Position numbers and translations under genes: made by a program. A stretch of DNA of 48,090 nt, counting the filler, from Basidiobolus ranarum (taxonomy: Eukaryota): assembly GCA_040143965.1 (NCBI GenBank). It is 2 parts of 2 records of this genome, joined end to end, with 100 filler letters (N's around TTAATTAATTAA, not from the genome) between each part and the next. Parts side by side here need not be neighbours in the genome. Positions count along the whole stretch, not along the records: positions 1 to 24,022 come from JASJQH010000158.1; 1 more part is not named here. One strand, 5' to 3'. The notes under the pieces were generated by a model that saw only the letters and a program-made list of their open reading frames with translations, ran no database searches and was not told the DNA's origin. Below are positions 1-12,200 of this stretch, piece after piece. Each line of letters opens with the position of its first letter. The stretch's first letter is position 1.

Positions 1-630
1 CTGGGTGGTACACTTGGTGCTTCAGTGGTTGGTTCGCTAGGCGGTGCTCTTTGCGCATCGCTTGGTGCTTCGCTTGAGGGTTCGCTGGGTGGTACACTTG
101 AGGGTTCGCTTGAAGTTTCACTGGGTGGTACACTTGGCGCTTCACTGGATGGTTCGCTAGATGGTGCGCTTGAGGCTTCACTGGATACTTCTCTTGAGGC
201 CTCACTAGATGGTTCGCTGGATGGCGCTTTCGATGCTTCACTAGATGGTTCGCTGGATGGCGCGTTCGATGCTTCACTAGAAGGTTCGCTAGATGGTGCG
301 CTTGAGGCCTCACTAGATGGTTCGCTGGATGGTGCGTTCGATGCTTCACTAGAGGGTTCGCTAGATGGTGCGCTTGAGGCCTCACTAGATGGCTCGCTGG
401 GTAGTGCACTTGGTGCTTCGCTTGAGGGTTCGCTAGAGGGTGCGCTTGAGGCTTCACTGGATGGTGTGCTTGAAGCTTGGCTAGATGGCTCACTTGAGGT
501 CTCACTAGACGGTTCGCTGGATGGCGTGTTCGATACTTCACTAGAGGGTGCGCTTGAGGCCTCACTGGATGGTGTACTTGAGGCTTCACTAGATAATTCG
601 CTGGATGACGCACTTATAGTTTCACTAGAT
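1..630. repeat. Degenerate 12-bp coding tandem repeat with 36-bp higher-order units
   Basis: Recurrent units such as ctagatggttcg, ctggatggcgcg and cttgaggcctca encode the SSEP/SSAP/SSEA repeats on the minus strand. Confidence 0.9.
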
Positions 631-1025
631 GATCCAATGGACAAAGGGACACCAGGTGTGGTAGAAGTGTGGAAAGTAGAAGTTACTATAGTAGAGAACT
701 GCTGCAAATTGGTTGACGTACTCAATTGAGTAACCGTTAGAGTGGTTGTAGTTTGATAAGTATCACTAGCCACGATATTTATCATATTCGAAATAGTCTC
801 TGTTAAGGCGATAACAGTGTTTGTGCTAGTTGCACGATAAACAAGTTTTTTTCCGTGGAGAGTCTTTGTAACGGGATAGATTTCTGGCTGAATGACCTTG
901 ACTCCATGAACCTCTTGTCTTTCAATACCAACTGCCTCATCTGCCCATCTTCGTTGGATGGGTGAGGAATGGGACACTAGTGTGAGCGATGCTAAAACAG
1001 CCACAAGTAAGGCTTTGGAGATCAT
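1..1025 (-). CDS. Secreted Ser/Thr/Pro/Glu-rich mucin-like or cell-wall protein, 3' end outside window
   Basis: ATG at 1025. The minus frame reads MISKALLVAVLASLTLVSHSSPIQRRWADE (signal peptide, then dibasic RR), a Thr-rich segment, then SSEP/SSEA/SSAP/SSTP tetrapeptide repeats to the window edge. It is absent from the ORF track because its stop lies outside the window. Confidence 0.85.
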   Translation of the reverse strand, partial: MISKALLVAVLASLTLVSHSSPIQRRWADEAVGIERQEVHGVKVIQPEIYPVTKTLHGKKLVYRATSTNTVIALTETISNMINIVASDTYQTTTTLTVTQLSTSTNLQQFSTIVTSTFHTSTTPGVPLSIGSSSETISASSSELSSEASSTPSSEASSAPSSEVSNTPSSEPSSETSSEPSSQASSTPSSEASSAPSSEPSSEAPSALPSEPSSEASSAPSSEPSSEASNAPSSEPSSEASSAPSSEPSSEASNAPSSEPSSEASKAPSSEPSSEASREVSSEASSAPSSEPSSEAPSVPPSETSSEPSSVPPSEPSSEAPSDAQRAPPSEPTTEAPSVPP

Positions 1026-2065
1026 GGTGGGGTTGTTTTGATAGTGATCGTTAAAGAAATAACTGGAGTTATGGTCAAGTTAACCGTCGGGAATTTATAT
1101 GGGTTGACTTTTTTCATAAGTACAACTGCGACCTGCATGATTTCTATCCAAGTATTCAATAATAGCATCCTGCCGTTGAGAGAGGCAGTATTTTTGTGCT
1201 GGTAAAGAGGCTAGAGTGGCAGATTCAACTATGTTTGGGTCAATGTTGATACAGATATGCTAAAAATAATTCCAACAAGAGCAGTTATCTAATCTACTCC
1301 ACAGCCACAGTCACTGCACCCGCAATCCACAACTCACTCCATCTACAAATAGATACAATTGTTTAGAGTTTCAGTCGCCAATCATAAGTGAAGTAATCGT
1401 AACATCCATGGTAAGAGATATTTTTAACTTGTGCCAATTGAGGGTTGGCATCCAGAAGGATATTTACCGGTGTCTACCTAGATTGCATCACTAGGGTTAC
1501 ATCATATCGCGATTGCATGCAACGCAGGTAGTTACCTGGTAAGAACAACCTCGATTCTATAATACTTCGGAGTATTATGCTGTAGCCATGCTTAAAAACT
1601 CTCATGCATAAATATGTAGCAGTTATTGGCGATCATCATAGCAAATATGGTCGTAATGCGCGGCTAGGGTTAGGGTTAGAGTTCAGTTTTGACATTCTCT
1701 TTGGTGAGATATTTGGCAATCATGAGTCATGATGCTTTCCAAAAAGTGTCTAATCTACTGCCGAAAACGTAAGGAACGGGTCTATATTGAAAACGTAATG
1801 TAAATAGGTTGGCACTGCACTTGCCGAAATTTGAATCTGTACTCTCAAGTAACGATTTACCAACCTCTTTTGACACCTATCAGATTTCTTGGGGGTGAGG
1901 TTCTAATTGGATGTGAGGAGGGGAGGGGGAGTTGTACAATTAAATATTTATGTCATGTCCTCGTGAACCCTACTGCTACTATATTTATGCAACGCTCTGT
2001 TAAATAGATATTTCGGAATTTCTTTCTCTTGTTTACCTAGTTTGCATATCTTCAAGTTCTACACC

Positions 2066-3425
2066 ATGACTACCAAACAAACCACACCCGTCGTCTCTCA
2101 ACAACGTAATTATTGGTTACTTTATTTTTTGGAATTCTTACTTACGTACTTTGTTTTTTAGCTCTTCCGTTTCATCTCCAGTTCGTGGCTGGTGCCGTTG
2201 CTGGTGTCAGTGAGATCTTGACCATGTATCCTCTAGATGGTATGTACCGCATATACCTTTTAAAAAAAGAAAAGTAAATTTAAGGTTTCCCCTCTGTCAA
2301 GTCGTCAAAACTAGGTTCCAGTTACAAGTTGGAAAAGGTGGTGCTGAAGGTTACACTTCTATTGTTGATTGCTTCAAGAAAATCATCAAGACCGAAGGGT
2401 ATGTATATCTCCTCAAGTTCTTTCCTTTTTCCTTTAGTAACTTAGCATACTATCCAGTTTTGGACGTTTGTATCGCGGTATCATTCCACCTGTAATGGTT
2501 GAGGCTCCTAAGCGTGCTGTCAAATTTGCCACCAATGAACAATACAGTATTATGTATAAGAACCTCTTCGGAATGCCAAAGATGACCCAATCTTTGTCTA
2601 TTCTTACCGGAGTTAGTGCTGGTGTTACCGAAGCCTTTCTTGTTGTTTCCTTTGAGCTTGTAAAAATTCGTCTACAAGACAAAAGCAGTGTAAGTTATTC
2701 ATTTATAATGCAAATTGAATAGTTCATTGATGCTAACTTTTTAATATTATAGGCTGGTAAATACACAGGAACGATGGATTGTGTTAGAAAAATTCTTGCT
2801 CAAGAAGGTAGAGTTTAAAGTTTGTCTGTTTATCTTTTAAAGAGATGAGGAATTAAAGTCAATGTCGTTTCTTCTTTTTATCATAGGTCCTCTCGCTTTC
2901 TTCAAGGGATTGGAGGCCACTATTTACCGTCATGCGTTCTGGAACGGTGGTTATTTCGGTGTTATTCACGGAGTTAGAACGGCACTTCCTGAAGCTGAAG
3001 TAAGTGCAGTTATTTATAAAGAATCTGGGTTCGCGCAAGTCCCTAAATACTAAATGCACACTTTCATAGACTAAACAAGGTGAACTACTTCGCAACTTTA
3101 CTGCTGGTGCCATTGGTGGTACAGCCGGTACCCTCCTTAATACACCCTTCGATGTAGTCAAGACTAGAATCCAAAACCAAGCTCCTGGATCGGTTGTGAA
3201 GTATAATTGGACTTTCCCAGCTCTCAAAACCATCTACATGGAGGAAGGGTAAGCAAATATTCAGATGACTTGTAGCAATGTCCATATGAGCTAATTCTTT
3301 TTCGTAGTTTTGGCGCCTTATACAAAGGATTCGTTCCCAAGGTCTTGAGATTAGGACCAGGTGGTGGTATCTTACTGGTCGTTTTCGATCAAGTTAGCAC
3401 CATCTTACGAAAGAACTTCATGTAA
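2066..3425 (+). CDS. ODC1: Mitochondrial 2-oxodicarboxylate carrier (SLC25A21/Odc1-like), 8 exons
   Basis: Spliced protein MTTKQTTPVVSQQPLPFHLQFVAGAVAGVSEILTMYPLDVVKTRFQLQ...EAPKRAVKFATNEQY...SFELVKIRLQ...RHAFWNGGYFG...NTPFDVVKTRIQN...YKGFVPKVLRLGPGGGILLVVF. It has three carrier repeats and GT-AG introns. Confidence 0.93.
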
Positions 3426-3447
3426 ACAGCAATTATAGATACATCTA

Positions 3448-3482
3448 CCATACCATAGCCATAGCCATAACCACAGCCATGC
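3448..3482. repeat. Imperfect hexamer microsatellite (CCATAG/CCATAC/CCATAA) just downstream of the carrier gene
   Basis: ccataccatagccatagccataaccacagccat. Confidence 0.7.
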
Positions 3483-3773
3483 ATTCCCCAAAAGTAGATT
3501 GAAGTCCAAGATAATAAAACATTCTTAAATCATTCGATATGAAACCATCAAACATAGCTTTATTTAGTATTGTATGCAACAAGTACATCAATCGATGCAG
3601 TAAGTTAGAGATGAAAGATTCCTTAGTTAGTTTCAAACATTCATCAGTAACGCTCGGAATTAGCAGTTGGCTTGGCTCAAATGTATTTACGATATAAGCT
3701 GAACCATCATCCCCACTGTTAGTCTTGAGCTCTTAATCCTTAACCCTTAACTCGGATCCTTCACCTTAAATCC

Positions 3774-5190
3774 ATGATTAAAGCCACCACGATCTTCTTG
3801 CTTGCTTACATGATACTAGAGGGAGCAGGGGTTCCTTTAGATGACATGAGTTCGGAGAGTTTATGTTATGAACACTCGCATCCATCGGACCCTAGCTATA
3901 TCTCCCCAGTAGAGTGCCTTCTCTCATCGAAAGAAACCACCAAGTATTCTGGTGAATTCGATAAGGATCGATCAGCAATGAGATTAGCTTCTTTTAAATG
4001 TACCGAAAGTCCAGCTGCGTGTAAGAAAGCTGAAGCTACATTTCAGATAGCTTTTGACATTCTGAGCAACGTAATAGAGTTTAAACGCCCCGTAGATGTT
4101 AGAGCTTCGTATGTGAATTATTGTAGAGACATGCAATGGTGTCGTTCGTCACTCCTAGGTAGGTACCAGAGTCGCCATCATAAAAATAGTCACACTAACC
4201 GTTCTTTGTAGGCTACGCTGGCCCAGCCAGAAGTATCAAATTGAAAGGAACCGATGGAAAACGTCGATTATATCCACAGGCACTAGTCAAGCAAATGAAC
4301 TTATCGGAGGTCCCAAAATTCAATGGAGTTGATATTCAAGCCACCTTTAACTCCGAAGCAAGATTCTGGTTTCAAGTGGTAAGAAAACCAATGAACATGT
4401 CCATGCACACATCGTAATATCTGACAATTACATCGTTTAGGACTCAACCCCCATTAAACGCGGGCAATACGACTTTCTCTCAGTCATTCTTCATGAATTG
4501 ATTCATGGCTTGGGATTTACGACCCAATGGAATAACTACTCCAAGCTCGGCTTAACACCGAGACCTAACTTCAAGAGCTCAAGAAATGGTGGTACAAAGT
4601 TTGTCGGGTTCACCGAGAATGCATTCGATCAATATCTAGTGGAAATCCCTACCATGAGAAACCTCACGGAAATCTCCGATAAGATGAGTAAAAAGCTTTC
4701 ACAACAGCACGAAGCCACCTCAAAATCAGGGATCTTCAGGAAGTTTCAAGATACCGCAGAGTCCCAATTCCCAAAGGATCTGTTGAAAGCCGTCACCCAA
4801 CCTAAAACCATTGCATTCCTGCCCAAGAATGCCAACGGCCCTAAAGATCTGATCTTCTTGGAAACCTCTATACGCAGATTCACTCAGGGTAGCTCACTCT
4901 GCCACTTGGATTATCGAAGCAATCTAAACTCACCAGACTTTGTGATGAAATACAAGAGTGGCCCTGGCTCAATCCAAGCCAAATTGAACCAAGTCAAATT
5001 AGGCAAATACTCACCCCTTGGTCCGAAGCTAATTGATATTCTAGAAACCTTGGGATATACAATTAACCCAAATCCCAAACCATTGTCAGAGATTCTTCCA
5101 AACTGGAGAGCAGTGACCAATACCGCCCAAGGCTACCAACACGACCAGGAATCAGATGACAACTCGTCCGATCAGTTCTTTTTGTGGTGA
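3774..5190 (+). CDS. Secreted zinc metallopeptidase, metzincin/leishmanolysin (M8)-like, 3 exons
   Basis: Signal peptide MIKATTIFLLAYMILEGAG. Introns at about 4159-4211 and 4379-4440. Exon 2 has LYPQALVKQ...DIQATFNSEARFWF. Exon 3 has DFLSVILHELIHGLGF (HEXXH), a distal GSSLCHLD and a Met-turn-like PDFVMKY. Confidence 0.8.
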
Positions 5191-5320
5191 AGTATTCTAT
5201 GCGGCAGTAGTCAACTGTATGTTGTGTAGTTCAACTAATACCAATGATTTATTTACACGAGCTATTAGTAGAAGGATTATTGACAGGACATTAGTGCTCA
5301 AGAATGTAAAACCCTAGTGC

Positions 5321-7270
5321 TCAAGGATGTAAAACAGTAACCAAATATTCTTGATATCTATTTAAGATTAATTTAAATTCCTTTCTTGATAAATTCTCTC
5401 GATACATAATCTCCTCCACATGATGCTTGCCATCAAAGTACTGCGTTAATCTATATAGAATGAGAGTGGGTCAGTGAGAGTGGGTTAGGGCGTGTTAACC
5501 AGATGCGTGTTGCATGTTAGGGTTAGGGTTAGATGAGTTACCTTTGAAAAAGAGATGCAACCTCTCGAGGCTGTGAGGATGCCAACCTTTTCAGCCAGTC
5601 TCTTTCAACATCAGTGGCTTGTTCAGAGCCAGAGATTAATGAGTATGTCGAAGAGGCAACTAGCTCAGTGCTCATATCATGCTGAAGCTCTTCCAGTTCT
5701 TCCACGTTGTAGCCCAACTTGATGTGTTTGGGAATCATCAGATATATATAGGTGTGTAGCTGGATTACCAGATCTTTTTTGAGCAGATGAACCAACGCCT
5801 CAATGTACACCGATCTCTGCTCTTTGCTGGGGATGATCGATGAGTAGGCTTTGGGAGTCGAGAACGAGGACATCAGAGTAAATAGGTCCAATTGTGGAAA
5901 ATCCAATTGGAAATGCTCTGCAACTGTTGAAATACTAAGAAATCCAAACAAAACTGCTTAGTACACTGCTCTCTAGACATATTCTAGTCTTTAGCTTACT
6001 TGCTGAAATTCGCACGTGGTGGTATAACGTACACATTTCGAATGCTAATGGCATCAATTAATTTGGCCTTTCTCCAGTAAATGAGGTGAGCAGCCAAGCG
6101 ATATATCTGTGCTAAAGAACAATCAATGACTTCGTGTAACTCGGCAAGACTATGCTCAAAAGAGATTAACTGGGGTGGTTCAATGGGTTTTTGTAGGGAT
6201 TACTACCTTTTAGTGGGCGTCAGAGCTTTGATGAACTGGATCAGAGTAGGGGAGGAGTCGAATGGCATCTCACTCAACAACTGCTCCGAGTTCTCCAAAA
6301 GTAACAAAGTATGATAGGGTCTCAAGACTGGGTAATGCTCATACTGATACTCAGTACTTTCGGTGTCTTCATCTTCCAGAAAATTCGGAGATGTTTTCGG
6401 CAAATACGGGGGAATTTGTAAAGATAAGCTAATGTAATTGTTCACCTCTACTTGGGCCACTGATTTGGTTTTAACCGCATAGTAAATTCGAGCAATATCT
6501 CTTGCTAGAGAGCTCTGAGCTAACACTCGGCCCATTAACTCGTCATATCCAAATTCAACTAAACCGTTCAAAATTCATGTTACTTTATGGTCTTTCAACA
6601 TAATTCAAAATATCCCCCTACTGTTCGTTCCAGCCTCGTCCGTCAACGTCATTATCCGGTCCGCTTCCTGACGAACATACCCGCATCGTATTTGCTCATA
6701 TCTTAATGCGGCAGTGAATTTGGTAATGACATGGTTATACAAATCATCTACTTCTCGATTTAGGTCCAAAGCAGCTGGTTCCATAACAAACACAAGATGG
6801 AACATGGTTACTTGGGAAACTGGAGTATTAATATTCCCTTGTTGTTCGCCACCTGGAGAATACTCTGGAGAACTAAATTCCCCTTTGACTCCATTTTTAC
6901 CATTATCGGATATGCTTTCGTTACGTTTAGAGAGATTTCGTACTATCAAAGTAGGGTGACCGACAAAAGTAAGTTCATCTATGGTTAACTGAAAACGTGA
7001 ATCACACAAAGAAGCCTTCGGAGATAATATATCTGCTAGTAAATGGGGCTCATAGCCGAATAGATTCTCTGCTAACCAGTTACGTCGTGCTTCCGAAACA
7101 TCGGGATTACTAACTGAAAGTCGTTTAAAACTTGACTGAATGTTATCTCCAAAATCCGGGGGAATCTCGTTACGTTCAGCATTTGAAACGGAATTCTTTG
7201 GGTATCTAAAGACGAAATGATGACCTCTACTTGAGTTCACAATTAAAAGTATAGCTAACAAAGAGGGCAT
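5321..7270 (-). CDS. NPR3: Nitrogen permease regulator 3 (GATOR1/SEACIT subunit, NPRL3), 5 exons
   Basis: N-terminus LLAILLIVNSSRGHHFVFRYP, then LADILSPK..LCDSRFQLTIDELTFVGHP, ALRYEQIRCGYVRQE, LRPYHTLLLL and IYRLAAHLIYWRKAKLID. The last exon YFDGKHHVEEIMYRE ends at TGA 5321-5323. Confidence 0.93.
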
Positions 7271-7490
7271 GTTAGACTGTAAAAGTCAATAAAAAACCGT
7301 GGTATTCGAAGTAATCCGTTTATTCAGCATAAATTCATTTAATAATCGAGAAATTTATATTCTAAATCGATAATCCCAGTCTCGGTTTCGAATACAACTT
7401 CAGTATTCGATTTATTGATGTGCCATGGATGTGTTGAAACATTACTACTGGTTTGTTGCTGTTTTGTTGATTCGTGACTTCAACTAAAAT
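7271..7490. promoter_or_regulatory. Compact bidirectional promoter between NPR3 and RAD51D
   Basis: Only 220 bp separate the two divergent start codons. Confidence 0.6.
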
Positions 7491-8999
7491 ATGACTCTCT
7501 TAACTTCCTTGGAATTTGAAAACTTTGAAAAAGACCAGTTAGAGTCATATCTAACACAACTTCAGGCCATAGGAATTAAAAATGGTAATTTTGATTCAAG
7601 TCAACTTTTCAAAATGTCTGCTTTCAATCTAGATTCAACTTTTCTTTAGAACAGGATTTCTTGCTAGCTGAGTTTAGCACTTTGCTAAGTAAAACTAAAA
7701 TTCCCGTTAATGTAAGACGGATACCTTTAAACTGGTTACTTCAGCTCCATAACTTAGAAAAACTAGTCTTTAAGACAGATTGAAACTCAGATCTTAAACT
7801 CAAGTCACGTAGACTGTCAATTAGCCAGTGAATTATTTGTTAAAGAGAACTCCAGTCGATTTACTTTAAGTACCGGAAGTAAAAGGTTGTTGAATTCAAC
7901 CCTGTCAAAGTGACGCGCTCGTAGTAACCAAGCTTTTAGGATAGATCAGTTATTAGGAGGAGGCTTCATATCACGAGAAATAAATGAAGTGAGTGGACCA
8001 CCAGGAGCAGGCAAGACTCAAGTACAGTGCAATTGTTATTGGGTTGTTCAAAAGAGGTCAACTCACGGTTTCTTGTGCAATAGCTTGCTTTACAAATGAC
8101 CGGCTTGATTTTAGTGCAAGATCCCTCAGCGTGTGTTATCTATCTAGATATCAGCCGGAATTTCTGCTTGCGACGAATAAATGAGATAATTCACCATAGA
8201 GGATATATTGAGGTAGATTAACATCGAATACCTATGCACCCAAAATCTTTCTAAGCTACCCCTTAGACAGACATAGAGGTACTAGCAACACGTATAAAAT
8301 ACTCACAATGCAACGATGTATATTCCTTCATGGATTACCTGGAGACAATCACCATCCAACTAAAGAAATGGGTAAATCTATGCAATAACAAAACGCGTCT
8401 TTTCTCTGGTCTGACAGTCATCTCTAGAACAATACCAAACTGCTGGTCATTGACTCCATAACCAGCATATTTTCACCAATCCTAGGCGTAGCATACATCA
8501 AAGGTAAAATATAGGTGACTTTCAGGTAGATATCTAGTTACGGCTGACGGGATTCTTTTCAGGTCGAGCTATGATGTATTCTGCAATCAGAACGCTTCAA
8601 CAACTGGCACAGGAGCACAATTTGGTGGTACTGGTAAGAGATAGTAACCACCATAGTGTGGAAGATCATAGTATATTTAACCAATTTCACAGATAATTAA
8701 CTCCGCAGTTGGTAACCACCGAAACCTGGAAAGAAGCACTCTGAATAAAGCGAACACTAAACCGGCGCTAGGGAGTGCTTGGTCCAATCTTCCATATACT
8801 CAAATATTTCTATCGCGAAATCAGGAATTAATCGAGTACGACAAATATCGAAGAACGACTATAGATTGCCAAATTCTCAAATCACACCGATCGGTTAGTG
8901 AATTCAACTTCTCCTGTTGTATTCTCTGCTAACCCCAAATTATATTAGGACATAGGGTCAATGGCTAAAGTTGAATTATCTCAAGCAGGAATATATTGA
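7491..8999 (+). CDS. RAD51D: RAD51 paralog, RAD51D-like, about 10 small exons
   Basis: Spliced: STGSK/IDQLLGGGFISREINEVSGPPGAGKTQ (Walker A), KLLVIDSITSIFSPILG (Walker B), RTLQQLAQEHNLVVL/IINS and KPALGSAWSNLP. Stop TGA at 8997-8999. The ORF track misses it because the exons are short. Confidence 0.85.
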
Positions 9000-9221
9000 C
9001 TAAGTAATCCTCTTGCAAGTACCGAGAATCAGTGTGCCTCTATAATAGCCATATAAACCATATAATTCAAATCGATTGAATCGGACACCTAGCATTGTCC
9101 TGAGTTAGCATAACCAGACGAGACCAGCGTCCATATAGTAAATACATAAAGAGTAGATAGAGCAATGACTTGAGGAATCATTTAATTTAGAGTTATTTAC
9201 ATAAATATCTTAACGTAGCTT

Positions 9222-12200
9222 CTACTCGTTCCTATTGTCTAATATATTTTCCAATTTGTCTATCAAAACATATAACTCTTGTGCATTTGGAGCTTGCTCA
9301 TCAATACTACGATGTAGTGCAGATATACCTTGACGAAGTTGGTTGAGAGTGACAGGACTCAACGTATAGCTCGTTCCCTGACTAGCAGCTAACAACGACA
9401 TAAGAAGCTTAAGGGAGCCCACACACAACTAAAAGAATCACCACATTAATTGAAATTCATAGAACTAGCGGTTGATACGAAGAATTACCTGAGAATTGGT
9501 TGAAAAGATTCCTTTGATAGATAGATCAATCAACTTTTCATGATTGATATACTCAGGAATTAGATATGAGTAATGGAACAATGCCTACGAATGAAGAGGC
9601 GCTTTAGTTAATATATGTTCATCAATAAACGATAGGGTTTCCATATGCTACCTGGAAGCAAGCCGCCCCGGAAGTGGCAAATTCGGAGTGTTCGATAGCG
9701 ACATGAACGGTATTCATGAGTGTAGGAATGGTACGATCACCAAAAGCCTTCAATATCTGCTTTTCGAAATCGATATTGACCGCTTGTTTTGTGCCCCCTA
9801 ACGGCTGATTGCTGAGTCGTTTGATGGTCATTACAATTACATTAGCCATGCATGTAGATATTTGGGTTTGAGTGTAATCTTGCTCATTAGAGTCTTCGAA
9901 TGAGGATAAATTAAGCAACACAAAATTCAAAGTGAACTCAAAAATGGACTCCTTAATGTCAACACATTCATCTTCAATTTCAACAATGGGGCTGGGATGT
10001 TTCAACACTTCAGTTCCACACAAAACCAACATCAAAGACAAAGTATCTATACAACCTAGCTGTAGCTTGTAAAGATTCTCTAAATGCCATAAGCTATACA
10101 TTAGTAAACAGCCCAATGAATGCAACAACAGTAGAATCATTCACCATCTGCAGACTTCCAACTCAGAAGCTTCGAAAAGCTCGTAGACACAACCTGCTGA
10201 ATGATCTTTATCTCTTGCTGGCCAAAAGTAGCTTGACGTCGTTGGTCGTTGAATGTTTGAATGAACCATTGACAGTAGCCAAATATCCAGTGCTTTATGT
10301 TTAAATAGTCGTTCGAAGTAGCTTCACACAATCCATTCAATTTGTTAGAGATTACAAAGATCGATTCTGGTATTCTGGCGAGAATTTCCAATGCCATAGT
10401 ACGAATTTGAGGAAATTCCAGATCTCCGTTACATCTTTCGTACATCTGAGAAGCAAAGGATCGGATATAATCATCTACATCATTACCTTCCACACTTTCA
10501 GGGTCTTGAAGTTCCGCTTTCAACGGTGTTGCAAGGCAAAACAATAAAGTAGGAAATTGGCCAGTTTCTTTCAATGTTATTTGTTCAAAACAATGTAATG
10601 GAAGAGTCTAAAGTCCATAGGAATGTTAGAAAAGATCTCTTTTGGATGTAAAAGTCAGCATACCTTGAGAATTAGCAAGGGATGCAAGCGTAAGAACAAA
10701 ATCGTTTGCATTTCTAGCGATGATTCTTCAGAATTAGAATCCAACATTTCCTGCGTTAACCTTGGACAAGTAGTGCAGTCAGTAACTGTGACTAACATAA
10801 TGATGAAACCTTCACAAGAAACCCATACCGTGGCTGAGAGATCAGGATTTTAGTGAGTTCGGAGAGTAGCATGTCTACAGAGAGTGGATTCCTTCCAATC
10901 CCTTCAGAGACAGTATTCCAAAATCGAACCAGAATCGTATCTTTTGGAAATGAATAAGACTTTCGCAATAATGGTTTCACTAAGTCACTCCATAGTTGAT
11001 CAGGAATCTACCAGCAACAGAAAACGAAGTTTAAGAATACACTTCAAGCAGCCAGAGCAATTCAAAGCACCTACCAACTGGGTCCATTTCTTAATCAAAT
11101 CAAAGAGTCTTTCAACTAATAGCAGCAATAACAAGGTAGTTAGTAACTAACACAGCCGAATGAAGAATTTTGCTACATCTACTTTGCTTTTGCGTGGCCT
11201 GGCCATCGTCTTGATTGGAGATTGCTGCTCGAATGCTGTGAATTTCCCCCGGGTTCGAGGGCAGAGGTAGTAGCTTGGCATTCGCTGAGTGTGTGGCTTT
11301 CGACAAACTCCTGTTGATAATGGAAATAATGAATCATTGGTATTGAGGTCCATGTATGCTATATGCTATCGATCCTACACACTATGTATGCTAATGCTTT
11401 GATACATACCTCAAGAGATCAAGCAGCGACAGAACTCCCTCTGCGTTACGATTATGCTCGTTCAACATAGATATCAAAGCGGCTTCAGCCGAAGAACGCG
11501 TGATGGCATCAGGGCTGATGAGACGCTTTGAAATTCTTGAAAATGTATCCAAAGGATCTATAAGTTGAGGCTGTCAGTGCATATTATGGACGATTGCGAT
11601 GGAGTTCAATGAGATACCATAATACGACAAAAGTCTAGATGCTATATTCCGCAACGTGATTTGCTCATCCGTCATCCGATCAAATAATTGTTCTCGAAGA
11701 GCGTCTCTATAGGGTCAAAGGAGGCGGTTTAATAAAGCAAACGCAGTATCGTTCAATCCATTGGATTACCTTATTTCCAATGTCTGTCCAGTCAAGAATC
11801 CACCATAATTACTCCTAAAGATCTTCTCCAACAAATGCATGGCATTCTTCTTCTGCACGATGTCACGTGACCCCATTCGTTTCATTACATGATGGATTAT
11901 TTCATCTGAATAATACAGCGATGAATAAGGTTAGAACATTGGTCTCCTCATTGCTCGTAGACAGTTGAACTAACTTGACATGTCAGGGTATGATGAAAAG
12001 CAATCAGCGAGAAATCCAATCGCCGCACTTGAAATAGCATCATCTTCATTTAACATGGCAAGAAGATTGCTAAGAATTGACTCGAGCATAAGTTGCGAAT
12101 TGTTTGATTGATCGATAAACCTCTTCAGCATAGAAAAAGCAATCCCATGGCCATGATGGGCCTTGTCATTGATCTACACATGTAAGTGTGAGAGTTACCA

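Noticed and set aside
25-729. Plus-strand 234-aa ORF with SLDG/SLEG repeats, superficially pentapeptide- or LRR-like
   Set aside because: Antisense shadow of the Ser-rich repeat gene. The minus frame has a proper ATG and signal peptide.
1559-1578. 8-bp inverted repeat ATAATACT-TCGG-AGTATTAT
   Set aside because: Short and AT-rich, expected by chance in 48 kb, with no supporting context.
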